Shown here: one piece after another, positions 1 to 9,367 of the stretch
How the letters are laid out: every line of letters begins with the position of its first letter
How positions within the stretch are numbered: the stretch's first letter is position 1
Virus record (IMG/VR): IMGVR_UViG_2541047846_000002
Coordinates: 1 to 36,057 of that record
Length of the DNA: 36,057 bases
Strand: one strand, 5' to 3'
DNA from: a virus
Taxonomy: Duplodnaviria; Heunggongvirae; Uroviricota; Caudoviricetes
The notes under the pieces: generated by a model
Seen by the model: the letters and a program-made list of their open reading frames with translations, nothing else
The model's database searches: none
Told to the model about the DNA's origin: nothing
Program-made: the position numbers and the translations under genes

Positions 1-1053
1 TTACGGGGTAATGCCAACCGCTGCCGCCACTTTGTCGCCACTTGGCAGCGTTGCCAGAGGATTGAAACGGAGCGCCGTTTCCAGATGATCCGGTGCCAGA
101 TGTGCGTAACGCATAGTCATTTTTATATCGTGGTGTCCGAGAATTTTTTGTAAGGCCAGAATGTTTCCACCCGACATCATGAAGTGCGCCGCAAACGTAT
201 GGCGCAGAACGTGTGTGAGTTGACCGCGAGGGAGCACGATAGACGTTTTTTCCATTACGGATAAAAATTGAAAATAGCAGTCTGTGAAGAAATTGAACCC
301 ATCAAGCGCCATGATCTCTTCGTAAAGCTCTTTACTGATAGGGATGCTTCTGTTTTTCTTCCCCTTCGTTCTGACAAAGGTAATTCGGTATTTGGTCACC
401 TGTGAGCGGGTAAGATTTACGGCTTCACGCCAGCGTGCGCCTGTGCTTAAGCATATCTTAACTATCAGTGCCAGAATTGGGTCCTGACGTTTGCAATCAG
501 CCAGCAATTCAACAATCTGCTCATGGGTAAGCCATGCCATCTCTTTTTCTGCGATGGTGAATTTTCGCATGTTCTCCAGTGGGTTCGGATACGACCATTC
601 GCCCAGACGGGATAGTTCGCTAAAAACACTACTTAGATAGCTTTGCTCCAGGTTAATGGTGACCGGGCTTGCTCCTTTCTTCCATTTCTCGCTGAAGTAG
701 ATCTCTCCTGTCAGGCGTTTATCTCGATAGTGGGCAAACATTTTAGAGGTGAGATCTGTTGCAAGGGGATTGCCCAGAGCGTCAACCATCAACAGCAATT
801 TGTCATAGACATGCTGTCCAGCGGTTAGAGATTTACCATGTAGTTTGAACCATAGCTCAACCACGTCTTTCAGTGTTCGACGATCCACTGATTCACCAAG
901 CCAGGGCTTTGCTTCGGTTTCTTCCATCGTGTGGCGCTCAAAAGCCAGAGCTTCGCCTTTGGTGGCGAATTGTTTACGCACACGACGCCCACTTCGTCCG
1001 GCGGGGTAACATTCGCAAAGCCATTTCCCTGTGGTGAGTTTTCGTACTGCCAT
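1..1053 (-). CDS. int: Phage tyrosine integrase (P2/186-type)
   Basis: 350-aa ORF; C-terminal catalytic region with H-x-x-R and conserved Tyr (LRHTFAAHF...HHDIKMTMRYAHL); position at prophage end next to repressor as in P2/186. Confidence 0.9.
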   Translation of the reverse strand: MAVRKLTTGKWLCECYPAGRSGRRVRKQFATKGEALAFERHTMEETEAKPWLGESVDRRTLKDVVELWFKLHGKSLTAGQHVYDKLLLMVDALGNPLATDLTSKMFAHYRDKRLTGEIYFSEKWKKGASPVTINLEQSYLSSVFSELSRLGEWSYPNPLENMRKFTIAEKEMAWLTHEQIVELLADCKRQDPILALIVKICLSTGARWREAVNLTRSQVTKYRITFVRTKGKKNRSIPISKELYEEIMALDGFNFFTDCYFQFLSVMEKTSIVLPRGQLTHVLRHTFAAHFMMSGGNILALQKILGHHDIKMTMRYAHLAPDHLETALRFNPLATLPSGDKVAAAVGITP

Positions 1054-1078
1054 AAAAAAGCCCTCATGTCAGAGGGCT
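1054..1078 (-). terminator. Hairpin (AGCCCTC-N6-GAGGGCT) followed by T-run on minus strand, ending at the int start codon; may terminate the upstream cargo operon and/or occlude the int RBS
   Basis: Inverted repeat 1059-1065/1072-1078 with A-run 1054-1058 on plus strand (T-run on minus strand). Confidence 0.4.
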
Positions 1079-1133
1079 AAATTTAACTGTATGTTTGACC
1101 AGTGGTCAATGTATGGTTTGTGAAATCCATACA

Positions 1134-1664
1134 TTACCTTAATTTATCAAGCTCTCGTTTATTTCTTTTATCATGTATATCATTAAGAAATAATATATTA
1201 CTAGCAATGATACTAAATAACGCTATTATTTGTAGATATACTAATAACGCGGTGATAAAAAATCCAAACTTGCAGAACACGTGCTTATGCAAGGAAATGA
1301 AATCCAGATTTGAAAATATAGGTTTCGTTAAATTTATTATAACAATAGAAAATATTACAATAGCTGAAATTATAATGGTTTTCACTATCAGCGTAATTCG
1401 CTCAATATCTTTTTCTGTTTCCTTATGATAGTTTATACTAGTTATTGTTGATGGCTTTACAATTGAACTTACAGCTGCAGGGTAAATATATGCAAGCCAA
1501 ATACCTGCAATAGTGAAGATCATTGCAGAAATGTTTTGCAAGGTAGATAAAATATCTTTTATATCTGCATACGTATATTTGTCTCCGAACAAATAAGCAA
1601 TAGCTATAATTGTTAGGAGAAAACATATGTGCAAAATTTTAGGTTTTATAATCATACTATGCAC
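1134..1664 (-). CDS. Small integral membrane protein, about four predicted transmembrane helices (cargo gene 2)
   Basis: 176-aa ORF with four long hydrophobic segments; start overlaps stop of upstream gene by 8 nt; visibly AT-rich. Confidence 0.6.
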   Translation of the reverse strand: MHSMIIKPKILHICFLLTIIAIAYLFGDKYTYADIKDILSTLQNISAMIFTIAGIWLAYIYPAAVSSIVKPSTITSINYHKETEKDIERITLIVKTIIISAIVIFSIVIINLTKPIFSNLDFISLHKHVFCKFGFFITALLVYLQIIALFSIIASNILFLNDIHDKRNKRELDKLR

Positions 1665-2859
1665 CTATTTTATGAATCTGCACTGCTGTATCATTATCAG
1701 CTTCTGGTTGTTCTATTATATCTTCATTTTTAAAACAATTCACCAAATCATTTCTATGAGCTTTTACTACACTCATTAAATATGAAGAAGAGTAATGTTT
1801 GTTTCTGTTAGAAAGGTCAACGTGAATTTCATGGCGATAAACATATTCATCTAACCAAGTAGTTGAACCATTTTTCCCATTTATTTTGAATCCGATGCGT
1901 GCGTGATCATTCCCTACATTCTCATTGTTGTTTTCTGTATCTTCTGAAATAGGATTGTGGTTTTCTATATATTCATCGATGAGTTTAGTGAACTCTTCAG
2001 GCGTAGGCGTTCCTTCGACTAATAATTCAACGCGATGTTTTTTTGATAAAATAGGAGAGCTTCTTGAGAAAACATCTCCAACTGCATCAAATAACTTCTG
2101 CCATTTTTCCCGTGTATCAGGTATGTTTGTTTCTATTACGTCATGGTAAACAATGTGAGTGATTTTTTTACACAGTTCTTCTATGTTTGCTCCACTCGTG
2201 ATCATCCTTGTTTGTTTAGTCTGTACTTTAAAAACTAAACTTTCATCATCACCTTGAGAAAAAAGAACACGTTTGTAATGAACGTCTTCAGGTGAGTCAT
2301 TACGAGGACGAGTCATATCTATGACTTTTTTATTAGGATGCTCCATCCTAAAGTCAACGTATGCTTTAATATAATGACAGAAAAGATCTGTATCCGTATT
2401 AGAACTTGGGAATCGTATGGATGCAATTTTGTTATATTCTGGAATTACCCAATAGTAGCAAGGTACGCCCCAGATATATTTACCGCCACCTTGAGTATCA
2501 GAGGCGGATACAACATTATCTGAAGTGCCGTCAATCTTACTTTCAGCATCTATACCTTGAATATTTCCAGAGTTATCACCAAGCGTTTTCCAGATAACAA
2601 ATAGATAATCTCCTGTCGTACTGTCATATGAAATATTTTTACAGTATGCTTTTGTTCTTCTATTATTATCCTTTCCCCATGGAACAGATTGTTCAACTGT
2701 TCTTGAACAGATCCAGCTATGTAAGTTACACAGAACATGGGATAAGTTCTTTTCGACTAATTCCGGCGATTTGCCTTGTCGTATTTTATAAAGGCCAAAC
2801 ATTTCTAAATCAAAAAATGTTATAATGCCGCGTTCAGTTTTAAAGTTGGTTTTACTCAT
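1657..2859 (-). CDS. Hypothetical soluble protein, 400 aa (cargo gene 1), co-directional with and immediately downstream of cI
   Basis: Long ORF in AT-rich DNA; AG-rich RBS-like sequence upstream of ATG at 2859; no motif I recognise. Confidence 0.6.
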   Translation of the reverse strand: MSKTNFKTERGIITFFDLEMFGLYKIRQGKSPELVEKNLSHVLCNLHSWICSRTVEQSVPWGKDNNRRTKAYCKNISYDSTTGDYLFVIWKTLGDNSGNIQGIDAESKIDGTSDNVVSASDTQGGGKYIWGVPCYYWVIPEYNKIASIRFPSSNTDTDLFCHYIKAYVDFRMEHPNKKVIDMTRPRNDSPEDVHYKRVLFSQGDDESLVFKVQTKQTRMITSGANIEELCKKITHIVYHDVIETNIPDTREKWQKLFDAVGDVFSRSSPILSKKHRVELLVEGTPTPEEFTKLIDEYIENHNPISEDTENNNENVGNDHARIGFKINGKNGSTTWLDEYVYRHEIHVDLSNRNKHYSSSYLMSVVKAHRNDLVNCFKNEDIIEQPEADNDTAVQIHKIGA

Positions 2860-2939
2860 TGTTATTGCTTCTCTTCACCTTTTAAATCTTTCGCTTAATA
2901 TAATCACTTCTATTAGAATGACATTTGTTGAATGTCACT

Positions 2940-3821
2940 TTAATTCGAAATGATTGTGCTTCTTATGCATGCAACTACCTCGATATCAGAAAATGCACAT
3001 TCAAAGTAAGTTTCTTTACTTCTGATATTTATCATACCTTTAGGTAGCCTAGTAATTTGTCTGACGGAATAGGTTCCATCAATATTAATTAACCAGTATC
3101 CATCTAATACATCAGAAAATTTCTGATCACAGATGTATGCCACTAAACCATCCTGAACGACAATTGGTGCTGAAAGATTAGCGGGTAAAAATGACGAATC
3201 GAAAATATATGAGCCACTCTCAACCATTTTGCCTGCATTGAGATGAAATTTAGGCAGTTCTTTTACCGATGTTGTGAGAGCATTGTGCTCGCTGCCTTGT
3301 CCAGTGGCTAGCCATAAAAGAGAATTTCCTGTTTCCAACGAACATTTTATGATCCAATCAGCCGGGAATGTGTCTCGCAAATATCTATTTGCCATAGTGC
3401 TTTTAGATACATTCAGATGGTCGGCAAGTTCTTGTCTTGTTTTAAAGCCATACGCTTTCATTAGCCTGTCTATTGCATCACGTCCGCCTGAGTCCAAATT
3501 CAGATCGTTCCCAATTGGGGACTTCAGGGTGGTGGCTTGGGAAACGTGCTGAACCTTTGATGCAGTTGCCTTTGACATGACCGGAGCCTCAGTACTCTGA
3601 GGGAATGGTACGCCTTTTCCGAATGAGAGCCACTCGATAGATGCACCCGTTTCAATTGCACACTGAATTACCCAGTCAGCAGGAAATACGTCACGCATCC
3701 AGCGCGTGCCCATAGTGCTTGCAGATACGTTGAACTGTTCGCACAGAGCTTGCCTTGTCTTGAATCCATACGCTTCAAGCATGCGCGTTATGACTGCTTG
3801 TCCTCCGTTTTTGAAATTCAT
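2940..3821 (-). CDS. cI: CI-type immunity repressor (186 CI family) with tandemly duplicated N-terminal HTH domain
   Basis: Two consecutive ~60-aa repeats (MLEAYGFKTRQALCEQFNVSASTMGTRWMRDVFPADWVIQCAIETGASIEWL / LMKAYGFKTRQELADHLNVSKSTMANRYLRDTFPADWIIKCSLETGNSLLWL) followed by a C-terminal domain; divergent from apl/cox. Confidence 0.8.
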   Translation of the reverse strand: MNFKNGGQAVITRMLEAYGFKTRQALCEQFNVSASTMGTRWMRDVFPADWVIQCAIETGASIEWLSFGKGVPFPQSTEAPVMSKATASKVQHVSQATTLKSPIGNDLNLDSGGRDAIDRLMKAYGFKTRQELADHLNVSKSTMANRYLRDTFPADWIIKCSLETGNSLLWLATGQGSEHNALTTSVKELPKFHLNAGKMVESGSYIFDSSFLPANLSAPIVVQDGLVAYICDQKFSDVLDGYWLINIDGTYSVRQITRLPKGMINIRSKETYFECAFSDIEVVACIRSTIISN

Positions 3822-3847
3822 TTATTACGCCTTTGAGTAATTTTTGG

Positions 3848-3876
3848 TTGACACTTCTCAAATGAAGAATTAGTGT
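3848..3876 (+). promoter_or_regulatory. Candidate sigma70 early (lytic) promoter in the cI/apl switch region: TTGACA-N17-TAGTGT
   Basis: TTGACA at 3848-3853, 17-nt spacer, TAGTGT at 3871-3876, upstream of apl/cox start. Confidence 0.35.
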
Positions 3877-3946
3877 GTGCGAAAGTGAACTGAACAGGAT
3901 TAATCACCAGTTACCACACATCTTGTTAAACGAGGAATCTTGCATC

Positions 3947-4168
3947 ATGGCTCCACATATTTCAATCACCTTAGCTGTCCCATCTGTTTCTATTGAGAAA
4001 TACAGTGAACTGACTGGGTTATCTATCGATACTATCAATGACATGCTGGCTGATGGACGCCTTATTCGCCATCGTCTCCGTAAAGATAAAAAGCGAGAAA
4101 AGGTAATGATCAATATCGCAGCAATGACCGTTGATGCGCTCTCTGAATGCAATTTGAGTATTAACTAG
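3947..4168 (+). CDS. apl: Apl/Cox-type excisionase / transcriptional regulator
   Basis: 73-aa ORF from internal ATG with RBS (GAGGAA) 9 nt upstream; first gene of the rightward early operon, divergent from cI as in P2/186. ORF-track start at 3875 probably too far upstream. Confidence 0.6.
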   Translation: MAPHISITLAVPSVSIEKYSELTGLSIDTINDMLADGRLIRHRLRKDKKREKVMINIAAMTVDALSECNLSIN

Positions 4169-4200
4169 TTCCATTTTGGGATACATCAGGGGTGTCGACT

Positions 4201-4710
4201 ATGTTTGATTACCAAGTTTCCAAACATCCACATTTTGATGAAGCCTGTCGAGTATTCGCACTGCGCCACAACCTGGTGCAACTGGCAGAACGTGCAGGCA
4301 TGAATGTGCAGATTCTGCGGAACAAGCTGAACCCAGCTCAACCTCATTTATTAACCGCACCAGATATCTGGCTACTTACCGATCTGACTGAAGATTCAAC
4401 GCTGGTAGACGGTTTTCTGGCACAGATTCATTGTCTGCCATGTGTACCGATTAATGAGGTGGCAAAAGAGAAACTGCCACATTACGTCATGAGTGCAACC
4501 GCAGAGATCGGGCGTGTTGCTGCAGGTGCGGTATCTGGCGATGTAAAAACCAGTGCAGGCCGTCGTGAAGCTATCAGCAGCATTAACTCTGTAACACGAC
4601 TGATGGCGTTGGCCGCTGTTTCATTGCAGGCCCGTTTACAGGCTAACCCTGCGATGGCGAGTGCAGTTGATACCGTGACTGGCCTCGGTGCTTCATTCGG
4701 TTTGCTGTGA
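4201..4710 (+). CDS. cII: Phage regulatory protein CII (186 CII / CP76 family)
   Basis: 169-aa product from ATG 4201, the size of 186 CII; sequence recalled as closely similar ([17 protein letters not shown]...[27 protein letters not shown]). Confidence 0.8.
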   Translation: MFDYQVSKHPHFDEACRVFALRHNLVQLAERAGMNVQILRNKLNPAQPHLLTAPDIWLLTDLTEDSTLVDGFLAQIHCLPCVPINEVAKEKLPHYVMSATAEIGRVAAGAVSGDVKTSAGRREAISSINSVTRLMALAAVSLQARLQANPAMASAVDTVTGLGASFGLL

Positions 4711-4717
4711 GGTGCTT

Positions 4718-4918
4718 ATGCTGACGAAAGAACCATCATTTGCATCGCTGCTGGTAAAACAAAGTCCGGCAATGCACTACGGTCACGGCTGGATCATGGG
4801 TGAGGATGGTAAACGCTGGCATCCGTGCCGTTCACAAGATGAATTGCTGGCAGAACTATCAACGAATAAACGGGGGAACAAATGGCTATTGAAGGCGCTG
4901 CGGCGACTGTTCCATTAA
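4718..4918 (+). CDS. Small early-region protein (hypothetical; Fil-position)
   Basis: ORF with in-frame ATG at 4718 preceded by GAGGTG; synteny with 186 early operon. Confidence 0.4.
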   Translation: MLTKEPSFASLLVKQSPAMHYGHGWIMGEDGKRWHPCRSQDELLAELSTNKRGNKWLLKALRRLFH

Positions 4919-5223
4919 GCCCCGGTGAACGCCTGAATGGACTTAATCACATTGCGGAATTAAGAGCGAAAGTTTTTGGTCTTAATATTGAGTCAGAGCT
5001 TGAGCGGTTTATTAAAGATATGCGTGATCCACGGGATATTAATAGCGAACAAAATAAACGGGCACTGGCTGCCATATTCTTTATGGCAAAAATTCCAGCT
5101 GAACGTCATAGCATCAGCATTAATGAGCTGACCACTGACGAAAAGCGGGAGTTGATTAAAGCAATGAATCATTTTCGTGCAGTGGTGAGCTTATTTCCCA
5201 GACGGCTAACCATGCCGAATTAA
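4882..5223 (+). CDS. Hypothetical early-region protein, 113 aa
   Basis: ORF with GGGGGA RBS upstream of ATG 4882; overlaps previous ORF by 37 nt. Confidence 0.45.
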   Translation: MAIEGAAATVPLSPGERLNGLNHIAELRAKVFGLNIESELERFIKDMRDPRDINSEQNKRALAAIFFMAKIPAERHSISINELTTDEKRELIKAMNHFRAVVSLFPRRLTMPN

Positions 5224-5284
5224 GCAACTAATGAAATTAATGGCGTAAACCCGCCGGGCATCCCTTTATCTAAATTCAGGAGAA

Positions 5285-5524
5285 TTGATTATGCGTAATA
5301 TTGAAACCCTCACGACTAAAACCGGACCGGATGATGCAGGGCTTAATATTTTACTGACAGAGGCTCGTCTGGAAGAACGCCGGGCAAGGGCTGAAGCAAT
5401 GGCAGCTCGCCTTGATAGCCTGGCGTGTCATATCACATCCCGCCAGCTAAACCACGTCGAAGCGGCAGAACTGCTGCGTGTGACTGCTGAAGCAATCCAG
5501 AACGAAGCGCAGGAGATCCACTAA
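5285..5524 (+). CDS. Hypothetical early-region protein, 79 aa
   Basis: ORF with AGGAG RBS; stop overlaps next start (TAATG). Confidence 0.5.
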   Translation: MIMRNIETLTTKTGPDDAGLNILLTEARLEERRARAEAMAARLDSLACHITSRQLNHVEAAELLRVTAEAIQNEAQEIH

Positions 5525-5751
5525 TGGCAGATGCAATGGATCTCGTACAGCAGCGCGTTGAAGAAGAACGCCAGCGCTATATCCGTGCTGCCCGTGCCAA
5601 AACACCGGGCGTGTCTCGTGTGCTTTGTATTGAATGTGAAGCGCCAATTCCGCCAGCACGACGCCGCGCCATTCCTGGAGCGCAGCTTTGCATTACCTGT
5701 CAGGAAATCGCAGAGCTGAAAGGCAAACATTACAACGGAGGTGTTGTATGA
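5524..5751 (+). CDS. TraR/DksA-family C4 zinc-finger protein
   Basis: 75 aa with CxxC...CxxC (CIECEAP...CITCQ); common in P2-like early operons. Confidence 0.7.
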   Translation: MADAMDLVQQRVEEERQRYIRAARAKTPGVSRVLCIECEAPIPPARRRAIPGAQLCITCQEIAELKGKHYNGGVV

Positions 5752-6605
5752 GCACCATCCTGAAATGGGCGGGAAATAAAACCGCCATTATGTCCGAACT
5801 GAAAAAACATCTTCCTGCTGGCCCGCGACTGGTTGAACCTTTCGCGGGTTCCTGTGCTGTGATGATGGAGACGGATTACCCCAGCTATCTTGTTGCGGAT
5901 ATTAATCCTGATTTAATCAACCTCTATAAAAAGGTTGCTGCTGATTGCGAGGCGTTTATATCTCGTGCCAGAGCTTTATTTGAGGAAGCAAACAGGGAGG
6001 TGGCTTATTACAACATAAGGCAGGAGTTTAATTACTCCACTGAAATTACTGATTTCATGAAAGCGGTATATTTCCTGTATCTCAATCGTCACGGTTACCG
6101 TGGTTTATGTCGCTATAACAAGAGCGGGCATTTCAACATTCCCTACGGTAATTATAAAAATCCGTATTTCCCTGAAAAAGAACTTCGCACATTTGCAGAA
6201 AAAGCCCAGCGAGCAACGTTTATCTGCGCCAGATTTGATGAAACGCTGGCGATGTTGAAGGCGGGAGATGTGGTGTATTGCGATCCGCCGTATGACGGTA
6301 CGTTTTCCGGCTATCACACTGATGGTTTCACTGAAGATGACCAGTATCACCTGGCATCCGTTCTTGAACATCGGTCATCAGAAGGACATCCGATCATTGT
6401 TTCTAACAGTGACACATCCCTGATCCGTTCGCTGTATCGCAATTTTACTCACCACTATATCAAGGTAAAACGCAGCATCGGTGTGGCAGCTGGCGAGGGT
6501 AAATCAGCAACAGAAATCATTGCTGTTTCCGGGCCGCGCTGCTGGATGGGATTTGATTATTCGCGTGGCGTGGATAGTTCTGCCGTGTACGGAGTACGTG
6601 CATGA
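5748..6605 (+). CDS. dam: DNA adenine (N6) methyltransferase, Dam-like
   Basis: Motifs FAGSCAV (AdoMet binding) and DPPY (catalytic); start ATG 5748 overlaps upstream stop (ATGA) and GGAGG RBS; ORF-track start at 5688 is upstream of the likely true start. Confidence 0.85.
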   Translation: MSTILKWAGNKTAIMSELKKHLPAGPRLVEPFAGSCAVMMETDYPSYLVADINPDLINLYKKVAADCEAFISRARALFEEANREVAYYNIRQEFNYSTEITDFMKAVYFLYLNRHGYRGLCRYNKSGHFNIPYGNYKNPYFPEKELRTFAEKAQRATFICARFDETLAMLKAGDVVYCDPPYDGTFSGYHTDGFTEDDQYHLASVLEHRSSEGHPIIVSNSDTSLIRSLYRNFTHHYIKVKRSIGVAAGEGKSATEIIAVSGPRCWMGFDYSRGVDSSAVYGVRA

Positions 6606-9016
6606 GTCATGCCGATATAAACAACTGCTGCGGCTTTAACGAGGCTGCCGCAGCGTTCTCATGGAACAGCCCGAAAAAGGCCATTAACCCTTATCTGGAC
6701 CCGGCGGAAGTTGCGCCGGTTTCTACGCTTTCAAACCTGATCACTCTGTACGCTGCCGATAACGAGCAGGAACAGTTGCGCCGCGAGGCACTGAGTGATC
6801 AGGTCTGGGAGCGTTATTTCTTTAATGAATCCCGTGATCCTGTCCAGCGCGAAACGGAGCAGGATAAGCTCATTAGCCGGGCAAAGCTGGCGCATGAGCA
6901 GCAGCGTTTTAATCCGGATATGGTCATTCTGGCGGACGTCAACGCCCAGCCTTCCCATATCAGCAAGCCGCTGATACAACGTATTGAATACTTCAGCAGC
7001 CTGGACAGGCCAAAGGCTTATTCCCGCTATTTACGTGAGACGATTAAGCCATGTCTGGAACGACTGGAGCATGTACGCGACAGTCAGCTATCTGCATCTT
7101 TTCGCTTTATGGCAAGCCAAGAAGGGCTGGACGGCCTGCTGATCCTGCCTGAAATGAGTCAGGATCAGGTGAAACGCCTGTCCACCCTGGTAGCTGCGCA
7201 TATGAGTATGTGCCTTGATGCAGCTTGTGGTGATTTGTATGCCACCGATGACGTTAAGCCAGAAGAAATCCGCAAGACATGGGAAAAGGTGGCAGCGGAA
7301 ACCCTGCGTCTGGATGTCATCCCGCCTGCGTTTGAGCAACTCCGCCGGAAAAGAAACCGCCGTAAACCCGTGCCCTATGAACTCATTCCTGGTTCGCTGG
7401 CGCGTATGTTGTGCGCCGACTGGTGGTATCGGAAATTATGGAAGATGCGTTGCGAATGGCGGGAAGAGCAGTTGCGTGCTGTCTGCCTTGTCAGCAAAAA
7501 AGCATCTCCCTATGTCAGCTATGAAGCCGTGATGCATAAACGTGAGCAGCGCCGTAAGTCGCTGGAGTTTTTCCGTTCTCATGAACTAGTGAACGAAGAC
7601 GGCGACACGCTGGACATGGAGGATGTGGTAAACGCCAGCAGCAGCAACCCTGCGCATCGCCGCAATGAGATGATGGCCTGTGTTAAAGGTCTGGAGCTTA
7701 TCGCGGAAATGCGTGGCGACTGCGCCGTTTTCTACACCATCACCTGTCCGTCACGTTTCCATTCCACGCTAAATAACGGCAGGCCCAACCCGACCTGGAC
7801 AAATGCGACGGTAAGACAAAGCAGTGATTATCTGGTCGGCATGTTTGCTGCATTTCGTAAGGCGATGCACAAAGCCGGATTGCGCTGGTATGGCGTGCGA
7901 GTGGCTGAGCCGCATCATGACGGCACAGTTCACTGGCACCTGTTGTGTTTTATGCGCAAAAAAGACCGCCGCGCCATTACTGCTTTGTTGCGTAAGTTTG
8001 CCATTCGTGAAGACCGCGAGGAGCTGGGTAATAACACGGGGCCACGCTTTAAGTCTGAGCTGATAAACCCGCGCAAAGGAACGCCGACAAGCTACATCGC
8101 GAAATATATCAGCAAGAACATTGACGGGCGTGGTCTGGCTGGCGAGATCAGCAAGGAAACGGGTAAATCTCTGCGTGATAACGCTGAATACGTGAATGCC
8201 TGGGCGTCTTTGCATCGTGTTCAGCAATTCCGCTTCTTTGGTATTCCGGGACGTCAGGCTTACCGTGAACTTCGCTTGCTGGCTGGTCAGGCGGCAAGGC
8301 AACAGGGTGACAAAAAAGCAGGTGCGCCGGTACTGGATAACCCGCGTCTTGATGCCATTCTGGCTGCTGCTGATGCAGGTTGTTTTGCCACCTACATCAT
8401 GAAGCAGGGCGGCGTACTGGTTCCCCGTAAATATCACCTCATCAGAACCGCTTATGAAATCAACGAAGAGCCGACCGCCTATGGCGATCACGGTATTCGT
8501 ATTTATGGCATCTGGTCACCCATTGCAGAGGGCAAGATCTGCACTCATGCAGTGAAGTGGAAAATGGTTCGTAAAGCCGTTGACGTTCAGGAGGCGGCAG
8601 CCGACCAGGGCGCTTGCGCCCCTTGGACTCGTGGCAATAACTGTCCCCTTGCTGAAAATTTGAACCAACAAGGGAAAGACAAATCAGCTGATGGGGATAC
8701 CAGAACGGATATCACCCGCATGGATGACAAGGAGTTGCACGATTACCTGCACAGTATGAGCAAAAAAGAGCGCCGGGAACTGGCAGCAAAATTACGCATG
8801 GTTAAACCGAAACGGCGTAAAGACTACAAACAGCGAATTACAGAGTATCAGCGTCAGCAGCTCGTCTATGAACTGAAGTCCAGAGGATTTGATGGCAGCG
8901 AGAAAGAGGTCAATTTGCTCCTTCGCGGCGGCAGTATTCCGTCAGGAGCAGGCCTGCGTATCTTCTATCGGCACCAGCGTTTGCAGGAAGATGATAAGTG
9001 GCGAAACCTGTATTAA
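6602..9016 (+). CDS. A: Rolling-circle replication initiator, P2 gpA family
   Basis: 804-aa ORF; contains YIAKYISK-type active-site tyrosine motif; position after early genes; ATGA overlap with dam. Confidence 0.85.
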   Translation: MSHADINNCCGFNEAAAAFSWNSPKKAINPYLDPAEVAPVSTLSNLITLYAADNEQEQLRREALSDQVWERYFFNESRDPVQRETEQDKLISRAKLAHEQQRFNPDMVILADVNAQPSHISKPLIQRIEYFSSLDRPKAYSRYLRETIKPCLERLEHVRDSQLSASFRFMASQEGLDGLLILPEMSQDQVKRLSTLVAAHMSMCLDAACGDLYATDDVKPEEIRKTWEKVAAETLRLDVIPPAFEQLRRKRNRRKPVPYELIPGSLARMLCADWWYRKLWKMRCEWREEQLRAVCLVSKKASPYVSYEAVMHKREQRRKSLEFFRSHELVNEDGDTLDMEDVVNASSSNPAHRRNEMMACVKGLELIAEMRGDCAVFYTITCPSRFHSTLNNGRPNPTWTNATVRQSSDYLVGMFAAFRKAMHKAGLRWYGVRVAEPHHDGTVHWHLLCFMRKKDRRAITALLRKFAIREDREELGNNTGPRFKSELINPRKGTPTSYIAKYISKNIDGRGLAGEISKETGKSLRDNAEYVNAWASLHRVQQFRFFGIPGRQAYRELRLLAGQAARQQGDKKAGAPVLDNPRLDAILAAADAGCFATYIMKQGGVLVPRKYHLIRTAYEINEEPTAYGDHGIRIYGIWSPIAEGKICTHAVKWKMVRKAVDVQEAAADQGACAPWTRGNNCPLAENLNQQGKDKSADGDTRTDITRMDDKELHDYLHSMSKKERRELAAKLRMVKPKRRKDYKQRITEYQRQQLVYELKSRGFDGSEKEVNLLLRGGSIPSGAGLRIFYRHQRLQEDDKWRNLY

Positions 9017-9108
9017 TTACGCGGGTTAACAATTCGTGCTCTTAATAATACCAGTCATATCAGGCTGATGAGCGTAAAAAAACGTTTTACATCAGTAAGA
9101 TTATTATA

Positions 9109-9128
9109 TACTGTAAATATAAACAGTG
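9109..9128 (+). promoter_or_regulatory. LexA (SOS) box TACTGTAAATATAAACAGTG
   Basis: CTGT-N8-ACAG at 9111-9126 with flanking TA/TG, about 40 bp upstream of the 9169 start; matches consensus TACTGTATATATATACAGTA at most positions. Confidence 0.6.
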
Positions 9129-9168
9129 GTTATGTATACAGTATTGCTTTGGTGTCATAGGAGGAAAG

Positions 9169-9357
9169 ATGCAGGACTATTTTTTGGAGTCTTTGAAGCT
9201 CCAGCGCATTGATTTTTTTCTTAAGCTTGTAGCGGCTAGTGAGTGTAGTGATGAAGAGAAGGGGCTGGCCCTGCAGTGGGTTTCTGAACTGACAGATGAA
9301 CTCATGGCAAAAATCAGAACCCACGAATACAACCGCTCAATGGATGTCATCAGCTGA
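9169..9357 (+). CDS. Small SOS-controlled protein, possible Tum-like antirepressor N-terminal module
   Basis: 62-aa ORF with strong RBS (AGGAGG) directly downstream of the LexA box; position equals tum in 186. Confidence 0.5.
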   Translation: MQDYFLESLKLQRIDFFLKLVAASECSDEEKGLALQWVSELTDELMAKIRTHEYNRSMDVIS

Positions 9358-9367
9358 GGTGACTTTT

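Noticed and set aside
1102-1626. Plus- and minus-strand small ORFs (108 aa, 62 aa) inside the membrane-protein cargo gene
   Set aside because: AT-rich DNA yields ORFs by chance; they are internal or antisense to the better-supported 176-aa membrane protein ORF.
3875-3946. Longer 97-aa version of the apl/cox ORF starting at 3875
   Set aside because: The extension would overlap the predicted early promoter; the internal ATG at 3947 has a proper RBS and gives a size typical of Cox/Apl proteins.
7769-8491. 240-aa minus-strand ORF within replication gene A (and other small ORFs 6731..6979, 7088..7339, 7215..7532)
   Set aside because: Completely embedded in the gpA-like gene; no RBS or recognisable motif; frame artefacts.
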